Assembly (NCBI RefSeq): GCF_009914755.1
Contig: NC_060940.1
Origin: the human T2T-CHM13v2.0 reference genome, Homo sapiens
DNA length: 64,000 bases
Strand: one strand, 5' to 3'
In this document: positions 25,801 to 40,800 of the stretch, in pieces
How positions within the stretch are numbered: position 1 is the stretch's first letter
Layout of the letters: the number at the start of each line of letters is the position of its first letter
The notes under the pieces: generated by a model
Databases searched by the model: none
The model's input: the letters and a program-made list of their open reading frames with translations, nothing else
What the model was told of the DNA's origin: nothing
Made by a program: the position numbers and the translations under genes

Positions 25801-28800
25801 ATGTGTGCATTCATCTCACAGAGTTAAACTTTTCCTTTGATTCAACAATTTTGAAAAACTGTTTTTGTCCATCCTGTGAGTGAATATTTGGGAGCTCATT
25901 GAGGCCAAAGGCAAAACAGTGAATGTCCCTAAATAAAAATTAGAAGGAAGCTGTCTGAATAACAGGTTTGTGATGTTTGCATTCATCTCACAGATTCAAA
26001 CTTTTGCTTTGATTCAGTATTTTTAAACACTGTTTTTGTCTATTCTGTGAATGGACATTTGGGAGCTTCTTAAGGCCAATGGCAAAAAAGTGAATATCCC
26101 AATGTATAAACTAGAAGGAAGCTGTCTGAGAAACTGCTTTCTGATGTGCACATGCATCCTGCCAAGTTAAACCTTTCTTTGATTCAGCAGTTAAGAAACA
26201 CTGCTTTTGTCCTTTCTGTGAATGGACATTTGTGTGCTCATTAGGCCAATGGTGAAAAAGCTAATATCCCAGGATACAACTAGAAGGAAGCTAGCTGAGA
26301 AACTGCTTTATGATGTGTGCATGCATCTCACAGCGTTAAATGTTGCATTTCATTCAGCAGTTTGGAAACACTGTTTTTGTAGTATCTGCAAAGGGATATT
26401 TGGGAGTGCTTTGAGAACTATGGTGAAAAATAATATATGTTCAGAAAAAAGAAGGAAGACTATTTCTGAGAAATTGCTTTGTAATTTGTGCATTCAACTC
26501 CTAGAGCTAAACCTTTCTTTTGATTCAGCAGTTTGGAAACACTGTTTTTGTTGATTCATTGAATGGATATTTGGGAGCGCATGAAGGAAAGTGGTGAAAA
26601 AGAGAATATCCAAGGACAAAAACTAGAAAGAAGCTATCTGAGAAACTGCTTTGTGATGTGAGCATTTATCTTGCAGAGTTAAAAGTTTCTTTTCATTGAG
26701 CAGTTTGGAAAAACTTTTTGTAGAATCTACAAAGGGATATTTGGTAGCACATTGAGGCCTATGGTGAATAAGAAATTATCTTCAGATAAAAACTAGAAAG
26801 AAGCTTCGTGGGAAACTTCTTTGTGATGTGTGCATTCATCTCACTGACCTAAACATTCCTTTTCATTAGGCAGTTTGGAAAACCTGTTTTTGTAGAATCT
26901 GCAAAGTGGTATTTGGGAGCTCATTTAGGCCTATGGTGAAAAATAAAATGTCTTCACATAAAAAGTAGAAAGAAGTTTTCTGAGAAACTTATCTGTGATT
27001 TCTCCATTAATCTCACATAGTTAAACCTTTATTTTTATTCAGCAGTTTGGGAAACTATTATTGTCCATTCTGTGAATGGACATTTGGGAGCTTATTGAGG
27101 CCAATGGCAAAAAAGAGAATATCCCAGAATAAAAACTAGAAGGATACTATCTGAGAAACTGCTTTGTGACATATGCATTCGTCCCACAGAGATAAAACTT
27201 TCTTATCATCCAGCAGTTTGGAAACGTTGTTTTTTAAGAATCTGTTAAGGGATATTTGGGAGTGCATTGAGTCCTATGCTGAAAAAGAGAGAAAAACTAG
27301 AAAGAAGTTTCAGAGAAAGTGATTTGTGATGTGTGCATTTGTCTCACAGGGATAAACCTTTCTTTTGATTCAGCAGTTTTGAAAACCTGTTTTTGTCCTT
27401 TCTGTGAGTGGATATTTCGGAGCTCTTTGAGGCCAAGGGCAAAAATGTGAAAGTCCCAGGATAAAAACTAGAATGAAGCTATGTGAGAAACTGCTTTGTG
27501 ATGTGTGCATTCAACACACAGAATTATACCTTCTTTTTATTCAGCAGTTAAGAACCACTGTTTTTGTAGAATCTGTGAAGGGATTTTGGGATCTTATTGA
27601 GGCCTATGGTGAAAAAGAAAATATCTTCAGATAAAAGCAAGAAAGAAGCTTTCTGAGAAACTGCTTTGTGATGTGTGCATTCATCTCACAGAGTTAAAAC
27701 TTTCTTTTGATTCAGCAGTTCGGAAACACTGTTTTTGTTTATTCTGTGAATGGACATTTGGAAGTTCATTGAGGCCAATGTTGAAAAAGCAAACATCCCG
27801 GGATGAAAACTTGAAGGAATCTATCCAAGAAACCACTTGCAATGTGTGCATTCATCTCACAAATTTAAACCTTACTTTTGATTCAGCAGTTTGGAAACAG
27901 TGTTTTTATCCATTCTGCAAATGGCCATTTAGGAGCTCCCTGAGGCCAATGGAGAAAAAGGAATATCCCAGGATAAAAATAAAAAGAAAGCTATCTCAGA
28001 AACCCCTTTGTGATGTGTGCATTCATCTCAGAGAATTAAACCTTTCTTTTCATTCAACAGCTTGGAAACACTGCTTTTGTATAATCTGTGAAGGACTATT
28101 TGGGTGCACATTGAGGCTTATTGTGAAAAAGAAAACATCTTCAGATAAAAACTAGAAAGAATATTTCAGAGAAACTCCTTTGTGATGTGTGCATTCATCT
28201 CACAGAGCTAAACGTTTCCTTTCATTCAGCAGTTTGGAAACACTGTGTTTGTAGAATCTGCGAAGAGATATTTGGGAGCACCTCAAGGCCTATGGTGAAA
28301 AAGAAAATATCTTCAGATAAAAACTAGAATGAAGCTTTCTGACAAACTGTTTTGTTATTTGTGCATTCATCCCACACTCTTAAAATGTTCTTTTGACTAA
28401 GTAGTTTGGAAAAACTGTTTTTGTCCATTCTGCAAATGGATATTTTGGTGCCCATTGAGGCCAATGGTGAAAAAGTGAATATCCCAGGATAAAAACTAGA
28501 AGGAAGCTATCAGAGAAACCCCTTTATGATGTGTGCATTTATTTCACAGAGATACACTTTTCTTTTCATGCAGCTGTTTAGAAACACTGTTTTTGTAGAA
28601 TCTGAGAAAGTACATTTGGGGGTGCAGTGAGGCCTATGGTGAAAAAGAAAATATCTTCAGATAACATCTAGAAAGAAGTTTTTGGAGAAACTGCTTTGTG
28701 ATGTCTACATTCATCTCATAGAGTTAAACGTTTCTTTTGATTCAGAGGTTTGGAAACACTGTTTTGGTCCATTCTACGAATGGACATTTGGAAGCTCATT

Positions 28801-31800
28801 AAAGTCAATTGTGAAAAAACTAATATCTCAGGATAAAAACTACACTGAAGCTATCTGCAAAATGGCTTTGTGAAGTGTGCATTCATCTCACAGAGGTAAA
28901 CATTTCTTTTCATTCAGCAGTTTGTAAACACTGTTTATGTAGAATCTGAAAAGGCATATTTGGGAGTGCACTGAGGCCCATGGTGAAAAACAAAATATCA
29001 TCAAATAAAAACTAGAAAGATGCTTTTTGAAAAACTGCTTTGTGATGGATTCATTCATCTCACAAGGTTGAACATTTCTTTGATTAAGCAGTTTGGAAAA
29101 ACTGTTTGTCTCCATTCAGAAAATGGACATTTGGGAGCTCATTAAGGAAAATGGCAAAAAAGTGAATAACCCAGGATAAAAACTAGAAGGAAGCTGTCTG
29201 AGAAACTGGTTTGTGATGTGTGCATTCATCTCACAGATTTAAACTTTTCTTTACATTCAGCAGTTTGGAAACACTGTTTTTGTAGAATCTGAGAAGGGAT
29301 CTTTGGGAGTGCATTGAGGCCCATGGTGAAAAACAAAATATCATCAAATAAAAACTAGAAAGAAACTTGCTGAGTAACTGCTTTGTGATGTGTGCATTCA
29401 TCTCACAGAGGTAAACTTTACTTTTGATTCTGCAGTTTGGAAACACATCGTCCATTCTGCGAATGGACATTTGGGAGCTCATTGATGCCAACAGCAAAAC
29501 AGCGAATATTCCAGGATAAACACTAGAAGGAAGCTATGTCAGAAACTGCTTTCTGAAATTTGCATTCATCTCACAGACATAAACATTTCTTTTCATTCAG
29601 CAGTTTGGAAAATCTTTTTTTTTCCTCCATTCTGGGAATGGACATTTGTGAGCTCATTGAGGACAGCAGTGAAAAAGTGAATATCCCAGGATAAAAACTA
29701 GAAGGAAGCTATATGACAAACAGTTTGGTGATGTCTGCATTCATCTCACAGAGGTAAACCTTTCTTTCCATTCAACAGTTTGGAAACACTATTTTTGTAG
29801 AATCTGCACAGGGATATTTGGAGTGAATTGAGGCCTATGGTGAAAAAGAAAATATTTTCACTTAAAAACTAGAAAGAAGAAGCTTTCTGAGAATCTGCTT
29901 TGAGGTGTGTGAGTTCATTTCACAGAGTTAAACCTTTCTTTTGATTCAGCAGTTTGGAAAACCTTTTTTTGCCCATTCCTAAAATGGACATTTTGGAGCT
30001 CATTGAGGCCAAAGGTAAAAAAAGTGAATATCCCAGGATAAGAACTGGAAGGAAGCTATCTGATAAACCACTTTGTGATGTGTTCATTCATCTCTCAGTT
30101 AAACATTTCTTTTCATTCAGCATTTTGGAAACACTGTTTTTGTCCTTACTGTGAATGGACCTTGGGGAGCAAATTGAGGCCAATAGCAAAAAAGTGAATG
30201 TCCCAGGATAAAAAGTAGAATGAAGCTATCTGAGAAACTGATTTGTGATATGTGCATTCAACTGTCAGAGTTAAAGCTTCTTATTCATTCAGCAGTTAGG
30301 AAACACTTTTTTGTAAAATCTACAAAGGGATATCTGGGAGCTTATTGAGGCCTATGGTGAAAAAGAAATTATCTTCAGATAAAAACTAGAAAGAAGCTTT
30401 CTGAGAAACGGCTTTGTAACATGTGCATTCATCTCAAAAAGTTAAAACTTTATTTTGATTCAGTAGTTTGCATACTCTGTTTTTGTACATTTTCCAAATG
30501 GAGATTTGGGAGCTCATTGAGGCCAATGGCAAAAAAGCGATAATCCCAGGGTAAAACCTAGAAGGAAGATACTGGAGAAACCTCTTTATGATGTGTGCAT
30601 TCACCTGGCAGATTTAAACCTTTCTTTACATTCGGCAGTTAGGAAACAGTTTTTGTCCATTCTGTGAATGGACATTTGGGAGCTCATTGAGGCCAATGGC
30701 AAAAAAGAGTATATCCCAGGATAAAAACTGGAAGGAAGCTATCTGAGAAACCACTTTGTTATGTGTTCATTCATCTCACAGAGTTTAACCTTCCTTTTAT
30801 TCAGCAGTTTGGAAACACTATTTTGTAAGATCAGCAACTAGATATTTGGGAGCTCATTGAAGACAATGATGAAAAAGAAAATAACTTCAGATTAAAATTA
30901 GAAAGAAGCATTCTGAGAAACTGCTTTGTGAGCTGTGCATTCATCTCACATACCTAAACCTTCCTTTTCATTCATCAGTTTGGAAACACTGTTTTTGTAG
31001 AATCTGCATAAGGTCATTTGGGAGCACATTGAGGTCTATGGTGAAAAGGAAAATATCTTCACATAAAATCTAGAAAGAAATTTTCTGAGAAACTGCGTTG
31101 TGATTTGTCCATTAATCTGACACAGTTAATTTTCTTTTTATTCAGCAGTGTGGGAACACTTTTTGTCTGATATGTGAATAGACATTTTGGAGCTCATTTT
31201 GTCAAATTTCAAGAAAGAGAATATCCCAGTATAAAAATTAGAAGGAAGCTATCTGAGAAACTGCTTTATCATGTGTGCATTCATCTTGCAGAGTTAAACC
31301 TTTCTTTTCATTCAGCAATTTTGAAACGCATTTTTGTAGGATCTTGGAAGAGATATTTTACAGTGGATTGAGGCCAATGTTGATAAAGTAAATATCATCA
31401 GATAAAAACTAGAAAGAAGCTATCTGGGAAACTGCTTGTTGATGAGGGCATTTATTTCACAGAGCTAAAACTTTTTTTATTCAGCAGTTTGGAAAGACTC
31501 TTTTTGTAAAACCTGTGAAGGCACATTAGGAAACATGTTGAGGCCTATCATGAAATAGAAAATATCTTCAGTTAAAAACTAGAGGGAAATTTTCTGAGAT
31601 ACTGTTTTGTGATGTGTGTATTCACCTCACAGAGTTAAAACATTCTTTTGTTTAAGCAGTGTGGAAACTATTTTTGTTCATTCTGCGAATGGACGATTAG
31701 GAGCTCATTGAGGCCAATGGTGGAAAAGTGAATATCCCATGATAAAAACTAGAAGGAAGCTATCTGAGAAACCGATGTGTGAAGTGTGCATTCATCTCAC

Positions 31801-34800
31801 AGAGTTAAACCTTTCTTTTCATTCAGTAGTTTTGAAACACTGCTTTTGTAGAATGTGCAAATGGATATTTGGGGGTCCACTGAGTCCTGTGGTGAAAAAG
31901 AAAATATCTTCAGACAAAAAATAGAAAGAAGCTTTCTGAGAAATACTTGGTGATCTTGGAATTCAGCTCAGAGAGGAAAATCTTTCCTTTGATTCAGCAG
32001 TTTGGAAACACTGCTTTTGTCCATTCTGTGAATGGACATTTTGTAGCTCTTTGAGGCCAAAAGTGAAAAATGGAATATCCCAGGTTTAAAACTTGAAGGA
32101 AGCTATCTGAGAATCCGTTTTGTGATGTGTGCATTAATCTCACAGAGTTAAACCTTTCCTTTCATTCAGCATTTTGGAAATACTGTTTTGTCCATTCTGC
32201 AAACGGACATTTGGGAGCTCATTGGGCCAATGGCAAAAAAGCGAATATCTCAGGACAAAAACAAGAAGGAAGCTATCTGAGAAACTTCTTCATGATGTGT
32301 GCATTCATCTCGCAGAGTTGAATGTTTCTTTGTATTCAGCAGTTTGGGAACACTGTTTTTGTAGAATTTGTGAAGGGATATTTGGGACTGCCTTGAGGCC
32401 TATGGTGAAAAAGAAAATATCTTCAGATAAAAACTAGAAAGAATCTTTATGAGAAACACATTTGTGATGTGTGCATTCATCTCATAGATTTAAACATTGT
32501 TTTGATTCAGCAGTATGGAAATACTGTTTTTGACCATTTTGTGAAAGGACATTTGGGAGCTCATTGTGGCCAATGGGTTTTCTGAAAAAGGGAATATCCT
32601 GTTATAAAAACTAGAAGGAAACTGAGAAACTGCTTTGTGATGTGTCCATTCATCTTGCAGAGTTAAACCTTTCTTTACATTCAGCAATTTGGAAACACAG
32701 TTTTTGTAGAATCTGGAAAGGGACATCTGGGTATGCATTGAGGCCGGTCATGAAAAAGAAAATATCTTCAAGTAAAAACTACAAGAAAACTTTCTGAGAT
32801 ACTGCTTTGGGTAGCATGCATTCATCCAACAGAGGTAAATCATTCTTTTGATTCAGCAGTTTCGAAGCAGTCTTTTTGCCCATTGTTTGAATGGACAGTT
32901 TGGAGCTCATTGAGGCCAATAGCAAAAAAGCAAATATGCCAGGGGAAAAACTAGAAGGAAGCTATCTGAGAAACTGCTTTGTTATGTGTGTATTCATGTC
33001 ACAAGGTTAAACCTTTCTTTTCATTCAGCAGTTTGGAGACACTGTTTTTCTATAATATGTGAAGGAATATTTGGGAGCACATTGAGGTCTATGGTGAAAA
33101 AGAAAATATCTTCAGATAAAAAATAGAATGAAGCTTTCTGAGAAACTACTTTGTGATGTATGCATTCGTGTCACAGATTTAAACCTTTCTTTTGATTCAG
33201 CAGTTTGCAAACACTGTTTTTGTCCATTCTGACAAAGGACATTTGGGAGCCCATTGAGGCCAAAGGTGAAAAAGTGAATATCCCAGGATAAAAACTAAAG
33301 GAAGGTATCTGAGAAACTGCTTGGTGATAGAAGCATGCACTTCACAGAGTTAAATCTTTCTTTTCATTCAGCAGTTTGGAGACACTGTTTTTGTCCCTTC
33401 TGCAAATTGAGAGTTAGGACGTCAATGAGCCCAAAAGCGAAAAAGCAAATATTCCAGGATAAACACCATGAGGAAGCTATCTGAGAAACCGCTTTGTGAT
33501 GTGTGCATTCATCTGGCAGAGTAAAAACTTTCTTTTCATTCAGCAGTTTGGAAACACTGTTTTTGTCCATTCTGCAAATGGACATTTGGGAGCTGATAAT
33601 GACCAATAGCAAAAAAGCAAATATCCCAGGATAAAAACTAGAAGGAAGCTATATGGGAAACTGCTTTGTGATGTGTACATTCATGTCTCATAGATAAACC
33701 TTTCTTTTGACTCAGCAGTTTACATACACTGTTTTTGTCCTTCCTGTGGATGGACATTTGGGAGCTCATTGTGGCCAATTTCAATAAAGCAAATATCCCA
33801 GGATAAAAACTACAAAGAAGCTATCTGAGAAACCACTTTGTGATGTCTGCATTCAATTTGCAGAGTTAAACCTTCATTTTCATTCAGCAGTTAGGAAACA
33901 CCATTTTTGTACAATCTGCAAAGCGATATTTGGGAACTTATTGAGACCTATGGTGAAAAAGAAAATATCTTCAAATAAAAACTAGGAAGAAATTTCCTGA
34001 GAAACTGATTTGTGATATGTGCATTCATCTCACAGACTTAAATTTTTCTTTTGATTCAACAGATTGGAAACGCTGTTTTTGTCCATTTGGAGAATGGATA
34101 TTTTGATGCTTATTGAGGCCAATAGCAAAAAATTGAATATTCCAGAATAAAAACTAGTAGGAAGCTCTCTGTGCAACTGCTTTGTGATATGTGCATTCAT
34201 CTCACAGAGTTAAACGTGACTTTGCATTCAGTAGGTTGGAAACACTCTTTTTGTAGATCTGCAAAGGGATATTTCAGAGCACACTGAGGCCTATGTAGAA
34301 AAATAAAATATCTTTAGATAAAAACTAGAAAGAAGCTATCTGAGAAACTGCTTTCTGATGTGTACATTCATCTCACTGAGTTAAAGCTTTCTTATGATTC
34401 AGCAGTTTGGAAACTCTTTTTGTCCATTCTGCGAATGGACATTTGGGAGCTAATTGAGACCAATGGCAAAAAAGCGAATATCTCAGGATAAAAACTAGAG
34501 GGAAGCTGTTTAAGAAACTGATTTGTGATATGGGCATTCATCTCACCGAGTTAAAACATTTCTTTGATTCAGCAGTTTGGAAACAGTATTTTCGTCCATT
34601 CTGCAAAAGGACTTTTGGGAGCTCACTGAGGCCAAAGGTGAAAAAGTGAATATCTCAAATGAAAACTAGAAGGAAGCTGTCTGAGAAGCCCCTTTTTGAT
34701 GTGGGCTTTCATTTCGCAGAATTAACACTTTCTTTTAATTCAGCAGTTTGGAATCACTGTTTTTGTGGATTCTACGAAGGGATATCTGGGAATGCTTTTA

Positions 34801-37800
34801 GTCCTATGGTGAAAAAAGAATATATCTTCATATAAAAACTAGAGAGAAGTTTTCTGAGAAACTGCTTTGTGATTTCTGCATTCATCTCACAGAGTTAAAC
34901 ATTCCTTTTCACTCAGCAGTGTGGGAACACTGTTTTTGTCCATTCTGTGAATGGACATTTTGGAGCTCTTTGAGGCCAATGGTGAAAAAGCAAATATCCC
35001 AGGATAAAAATTGAAGGAACCTATCTGAAAAATGGCTTTGTGATGTGTGCATTCATCTCGCAGATTTAAACCTTTCTTTTCATTCAGCAGTTAGGAAACA
35101 TTGTTTTTGTAGAATCTGTGAAGGGTGAAAAAGAAAATATCTTCATCTAAAAACTGGAAAGAAGCTTTCTTAGAAAATACTTTGTGATGTATGCCTTCAT
35201 CTCACAGAGTTAAACCTTTCTTTTGATTCAGCAGTTTATTGATGCCAATGTTGAAAAAGAGAATATCCCAGGATAAAAACTATAAGGAAGCTATGACATC
35301 CACCACTTTGTGATGTGTGCATACGTCTCACAGATTTAAACCTTTCTTTTGATTCAGCAGTTTGGAAACACTGTCTTTGTCCTTTTTGTGAATGAACATT
35401 TGGGAGCTCTTTGAGGCCAAAGGTGAAAAAGCGAGTATCCCAGGAGAAAAACTAGAATGAAGCTATCTGAGGAACCACTTTGTGATGTGTGCATTCAACT
35501 CACAGATTTAAACGTTTCTTTTTATTCAGCAGTTAGGAAACACTGTTTTTGTAGAATCTGCAAAGGGATATTTTGTATCTTATTGAGGCCAATGGTGAAA
35601 AAGAAAATACCTTCAGATAAAAATTAGAAGGAAACTTTCTGAGAAACTGCTTTGTGATGTGTGAATTCATCTCACAGAGTTAAACTTTGCTTTTGATTCA
35701 GCTGTTTGGAAACACAGTTTTTGTCCACTGTGCAAAAGGACATTTGGGAGCTCATGGAAGTCAATGGCAAAAAAGGGAATATTCCAAGATGAAGCTGAGA
35801 AGCAAGCTATCTGAGAAACCACTTTGTGATGTGTACACTCATCTCACAGAGTTAAACCTTTGTTTTGATTCAGCAGTTTGGTAACACTGTTTTTGTAGAC
35901 TCTGAGAAGGGATATTTGGGGGTGCATTGAGTTCTGTGATGAAAAAAGAATATATCTTCAGATAAAAATTAGAAAGACGTTTTCTGAGAAACTGCTTTGT
36001 GATGTGTGCATTCATCTTACAGAGATAAACATTTATCTTGATTCAGCAGTTTGGAAACACTGTTTTTATCCATTCTGTGAATGGACATTTGGGAGTTCAT
36101 TAAGGCACACATGAAAAGGTGTATATCCCAGGGTAAAAACTAGAAGGAAGCTATCTGAGAAACCACTCTGTGGTGTGTGCATTGATCTCGCTGATTTAAA
36201 GCTTTCTTTTGATTCAGCAGTTTGGAATCACTGTTTGTGCTCATTCTGTAAATGGATATTTGGGAGCTCATTGAGGTCAATGGCAAAAAAGTGAATAACT
36301 GAGGATAAAAACTAGAAATAAGCTATCTGAGAAACGGATTTATGATGTGTGCATTCATCTCGCAAAATTAAACATTTCTTTTCCTTCAACAGTTTGGAAA
36401 CACGGTTTTTATAGGATCTGCAAAGGGATATTTTGGAGCACATTGAGGTCTATGGTGTAAAAGAAAATATCTTCAGATAAAACCTAGAAAGAAGCTTTCT
36501 GAGAAATTGCATTTTGATGTGTGCATTCATCTCACAGAGTTAATACTTTTTTTTGATTCACCAGTGTGGATACACTGTTTTTGTCCATTCTGCTAATGGA
36601 CCTTTGGGGGCTCATTTAGGCCAATGGCAAAAAAGTGAATATCCCAGGATAAAAACTAGAAGGAAGGTATCTGAGAAACTGCTATGTGATGTGTGCCATC
36701 ATCTCACAGTCTTAAAAGTTTCTTTTCATTCACCAGTTTGGAAACAGTGTTTTTGTAGAATCTGCAAAGTCATATTTTTGAGTGCATTGAGCCCAATGGT
36801 GAAAAACAAAATATCTTCAGACAAAAACTAGAAAGAAGCTTTCTGAGAAACTAATTTGTGATGTGTGCATTCATTTCACAAAGCTAAACTTTTTTTTGAT
36901 TCAGCAGTTTGGAAAAACTGTTGTTGTCCATTTTGTGAATGGACATTTTGGAGATCATTGAGGCAAAAGGAGAAAAACGGAATATCTCAGGATAAAAACT
37001 TGAAGGAATCTATCTCACACATCACTTTGTGGTGCCAGCATTCATCTCACAGAGTGAAACCTTTCTTTTCATTCAGCAGTTTGGATACACTGTTTTTGTC
37101 CATTCTGAAAATGGACATTTGGGAGCACATTGTTGTCAATGGCAAAAAAGCAAGTGTCCCAGGAAAAAAAAAAAAAAAACTTGAAGGAAGCTATCTTAGA
37201 AACCCCTTTAATTAATGGGCATTTATCTTGCAGAGATAAGCCTTTCTTTTCATTCAGCATTTTTGAAACACCGTTTTTGTAGTATCTATGAAAGGATATT
37301 TGGGAGCACAATGAGGACTACGGTGAAAAAGAAATTATCTTTAGATGAAAACTAGAAAGAAACTCTCTGAGAAACTGCATTGTGATGTGTTCATTCATCT
37401 CATAGAGTTAAAAGTTTCTTTTGATTCAGCAATTTGTAAACACTGTTTTTTTCCATTCTGCTAATGGACATTTAGGAGCTCATTGAGGCCAATGGCAAAA
37501 AAGCTAATATCCCAGGAAAAAAACTAGAAGGAAGCTATCTTAGAAACCATTTTACAAAGTGTGCATTCATCTAGCAGAGATAAACATTTGATTTGATTTA
37601 GCAGTTTGGAAACACTGTTTTTTTTAGAATCTCTGAAGGGATACAAGGGAGTCCATTGAGGTCTTTGGTGAAAAAGAAAATATCTCCAGATAAATACTAG
37701 AAAGAAGCATTCATAGAAACTCCTTTGTGATGTGTGCAATCATCTCACAGATTTAAACCTTTTTTTTCTTTTAGCAGTTTGGAAACACTGCTGTTGTCCA

Positions 37801-40800
37801 CTCCATGAATGAACATTTTGGAGCTCATTGAGGTGAATGGCAAAAAAATGAATATCCCAGGATAAAAACTAGAAGGAAACTATCTGAGAAACTGCTTTGT
37901 GATGTGTGCATTCATCTAGCAGAGTTAAACATTTCTTTTGATATGGCATTTTGGAAACACTGTTTTTGTCGATTCTATTAATAGACATTTGGGAGATCAT
38001 TGAGGCCAATGGGGAAAAAGAGCATGCATCAGGATAAAAACTAGAAGGAAACTGAGAAACCACTTTGTGAAGAATGCATTTGTCTTGCAAATTTAAAGGA
38101 TTGCTTTCATTCAGCAGTTTGGAAACACAGTTTTTGTAGATCTGCGAAGGGACATTTGGGAGTGCATTGAGGACTGTGGTGAAAAAGAAAGTATCTTCAG
38201 ATGAAAACAAGAAAGAAGCTTTCTGAGACACAGCATTGTGCTGTGTGCATTCATCTCACAGGGTTAAACCTTTCTTTTCTTTCAGCAGTTTGGAAACACT
38301 GTTTTTATCCATTCTGCAAATGGACGTTTTGGAGCTCTTTGAGACAATGGCAAAAAAGAAAATATCCCAGGATAACAACTAGAAGGAAGCTATCTGAGAA
38401 ACCACTTTGTGATGTGTGCATTCATCTTACAGTGTTAAACCTTTTTTTTTTTAAATTTAGCCATTTGGAAACACTGTTTTTGTCTATTCCGTGAATGGAC
38501 ATTTGGGAACACATTTTGGCCAATGGCAAAAAAGTGAATATCCAAGGATAAAAACTACAAGGAAGCTATCTGAGAATCTGCTTTGTGATGTGTGCGTTCA
38601 TTTCACAGAGTTAAACCGTTCTTTTCATTCAGCAGTTTTGAAACACTGCTTTTGTCCATTCTGCAAATGGACATTTGGGAGCTCATTGAGGCCAATGGCG
38701 AAAAAGAGACTATAACAGGATAAAAACTAGATGGAATCTATCTGAGAAACTGCCTTGTGATCTTTGTATTCACCTCATGGAGATAAACCTTTCTTTCCAT
38801 GCAGCAGTTTGTAAACACTGTTGTAGAATCTGCAGAAGGATATTTATGAGTGCCCTGTGGCCTATGGTGAAAAATAAAATATCTTCAGATAAAAACTAGA
38901 GGGAAGCTTTCTGAGAAACTGCTTTGTGATGTGTGCATACATCTGATAGAGTTAAAACTGTCTTTTGATTCAGCAGTTTGGAAACACAGTTTTTGTCCAA
39001 TTAGTGAGTGGAAATTTGGAACTCATTGAAGCCTATAGCAAAAAAGCAAATTTCTCAGGATAAGAGCTAGAAGGAAGCTACCTGAGAAACCACTTTGTAA
39101 TGTGTGCATTCATCTCACATAGTTAAACATTTCTTTTGATTTAGCAGTTTGAAAACATAGTTTATGTCCATTCTGTGAATGGACATTTTGGAGGTCATTG
39201 AGGCCAAAGGCAAAATACTGAAGATTCCAGATAAAAATTGGGAGGAAGGTATCTGACAAACCACAATGTGTTGCATGCATTCATCTCACAGAGTTAAATA
39301 TTTCTTTTCCTTCAGCAGTTTGGAAATATTGCTTTTGTCCATCCTGCAAAAGAATATTTTGGAGCTCCTGGAGACCAATGGTGAAAAAGCAAATATCCAA
39401 GGTTACAACCTCAAAGGAACCTAGCTGAGAAACTGCTTTGTGATGTGTACATTCATCTCGCAGTGATAAAATTTTCTTTTCTTTCACCAGTTTGGAAACA
39501 CTGTTTTTATAGAATCTGAGAAGAGATATTTGGGAGCACATTGACATATATGAAAAAGTATATATCTTAAGAAAAAAACTAGAAAGTCTCTTTCTGAGAA
39601 ACTGCTTTGTGATGCTTCCATTCATCTCACAGATATGAATATTTCTTTTGATTGAGAAGTTTGCAAACACTGTTTTTGTCCTTTCTTTGAATGGACATTT
39701 TGGAGGTCATTGATGCCAATTTCAAAAAAGCAAATATCCAAGGGTAAAAAATAGTAGGAAGCTATGTGAGAAATTGATCTGTGATGTATGTATTCATCTA
39801 TAAGAGATAAACCTTTCTTTTGATTGAGCAGTTTGGAAACAGTTTTTGTAAAATCTGAGAAGAGATATTTGGGAGTACTTTGAGGACTATGGTGAAAAAG
39901 AAAATAACTTCAGATAAAATCTAGAAAGAAGCTTTGTGAAAAACTGCTTTGTGATGTGTGCATTCATCTCACACAGGTAAAAATTTCTTTTGATTCAGCA
40001 CTTTGGAAAAACTGTTTTTGTCTATTTTGTGAATGGACATTTGGGGGTCATTTAGGCCAGTGATGAACAAAATAATATTTCAGGATAAAAACAAGAATGG
40101 AGCTGTCAAAGAAACCATATTGTGGTGTGTACATTCATGTCACAGAGTTAAACTTTTCTTTTGATTCAGCAGTTGGAAACACTGTTTTTGTAGAATGTGT
40201 GAAAGTATACTTGGGAGCACATTTAGGCCTATGGTGAAGTAGAAAATATCTTCAGATGAAAACTAGAAAGAAGCTTTGTGAGAAACTGCTTTGTGATGTG
40301 TGAATTCACCCCACAGAGTTAAAACTTTGTTTTGATTCAGCAGTTTGGAAACACTGTTTACGTCCACTCTCTGAATGGACATTTAGCAGCTCATTGAGGC
40401 CAATGGTAAAAAAGTGAATATCCCAGGATAAAAACTAGAAGGAAATGATCTGAGAAACTGCCTTGTGATGTATGCATTCACCTGGCAGAGATAAGCCTTT
40501 CTTTGCATTCAGCAATTAGGAAACACGGTTTTTGTAAAATCTGCAAAGGGATATTTGGGAGCACTTTAAGTACTATGGTGAAAAAGAAAATATATTCAGA
40601 TAAAAACTAGAAAGAAGCTTTCTGAGAAACTGCTTTCTGATAGGTGCATTCATCTCACAGAGCTAAACAGTTCTTTTCATTCAGGAGTTTGGAAACCCTG
40701 TTTTTGTAGAAACTGCAAAAGTGTATTTGGGAGAACATAGCAGCCTATAGTGAAAAAGCAAGTATCTTCAGATAACAACTAAAAAGAAGCTACCTGAGAC

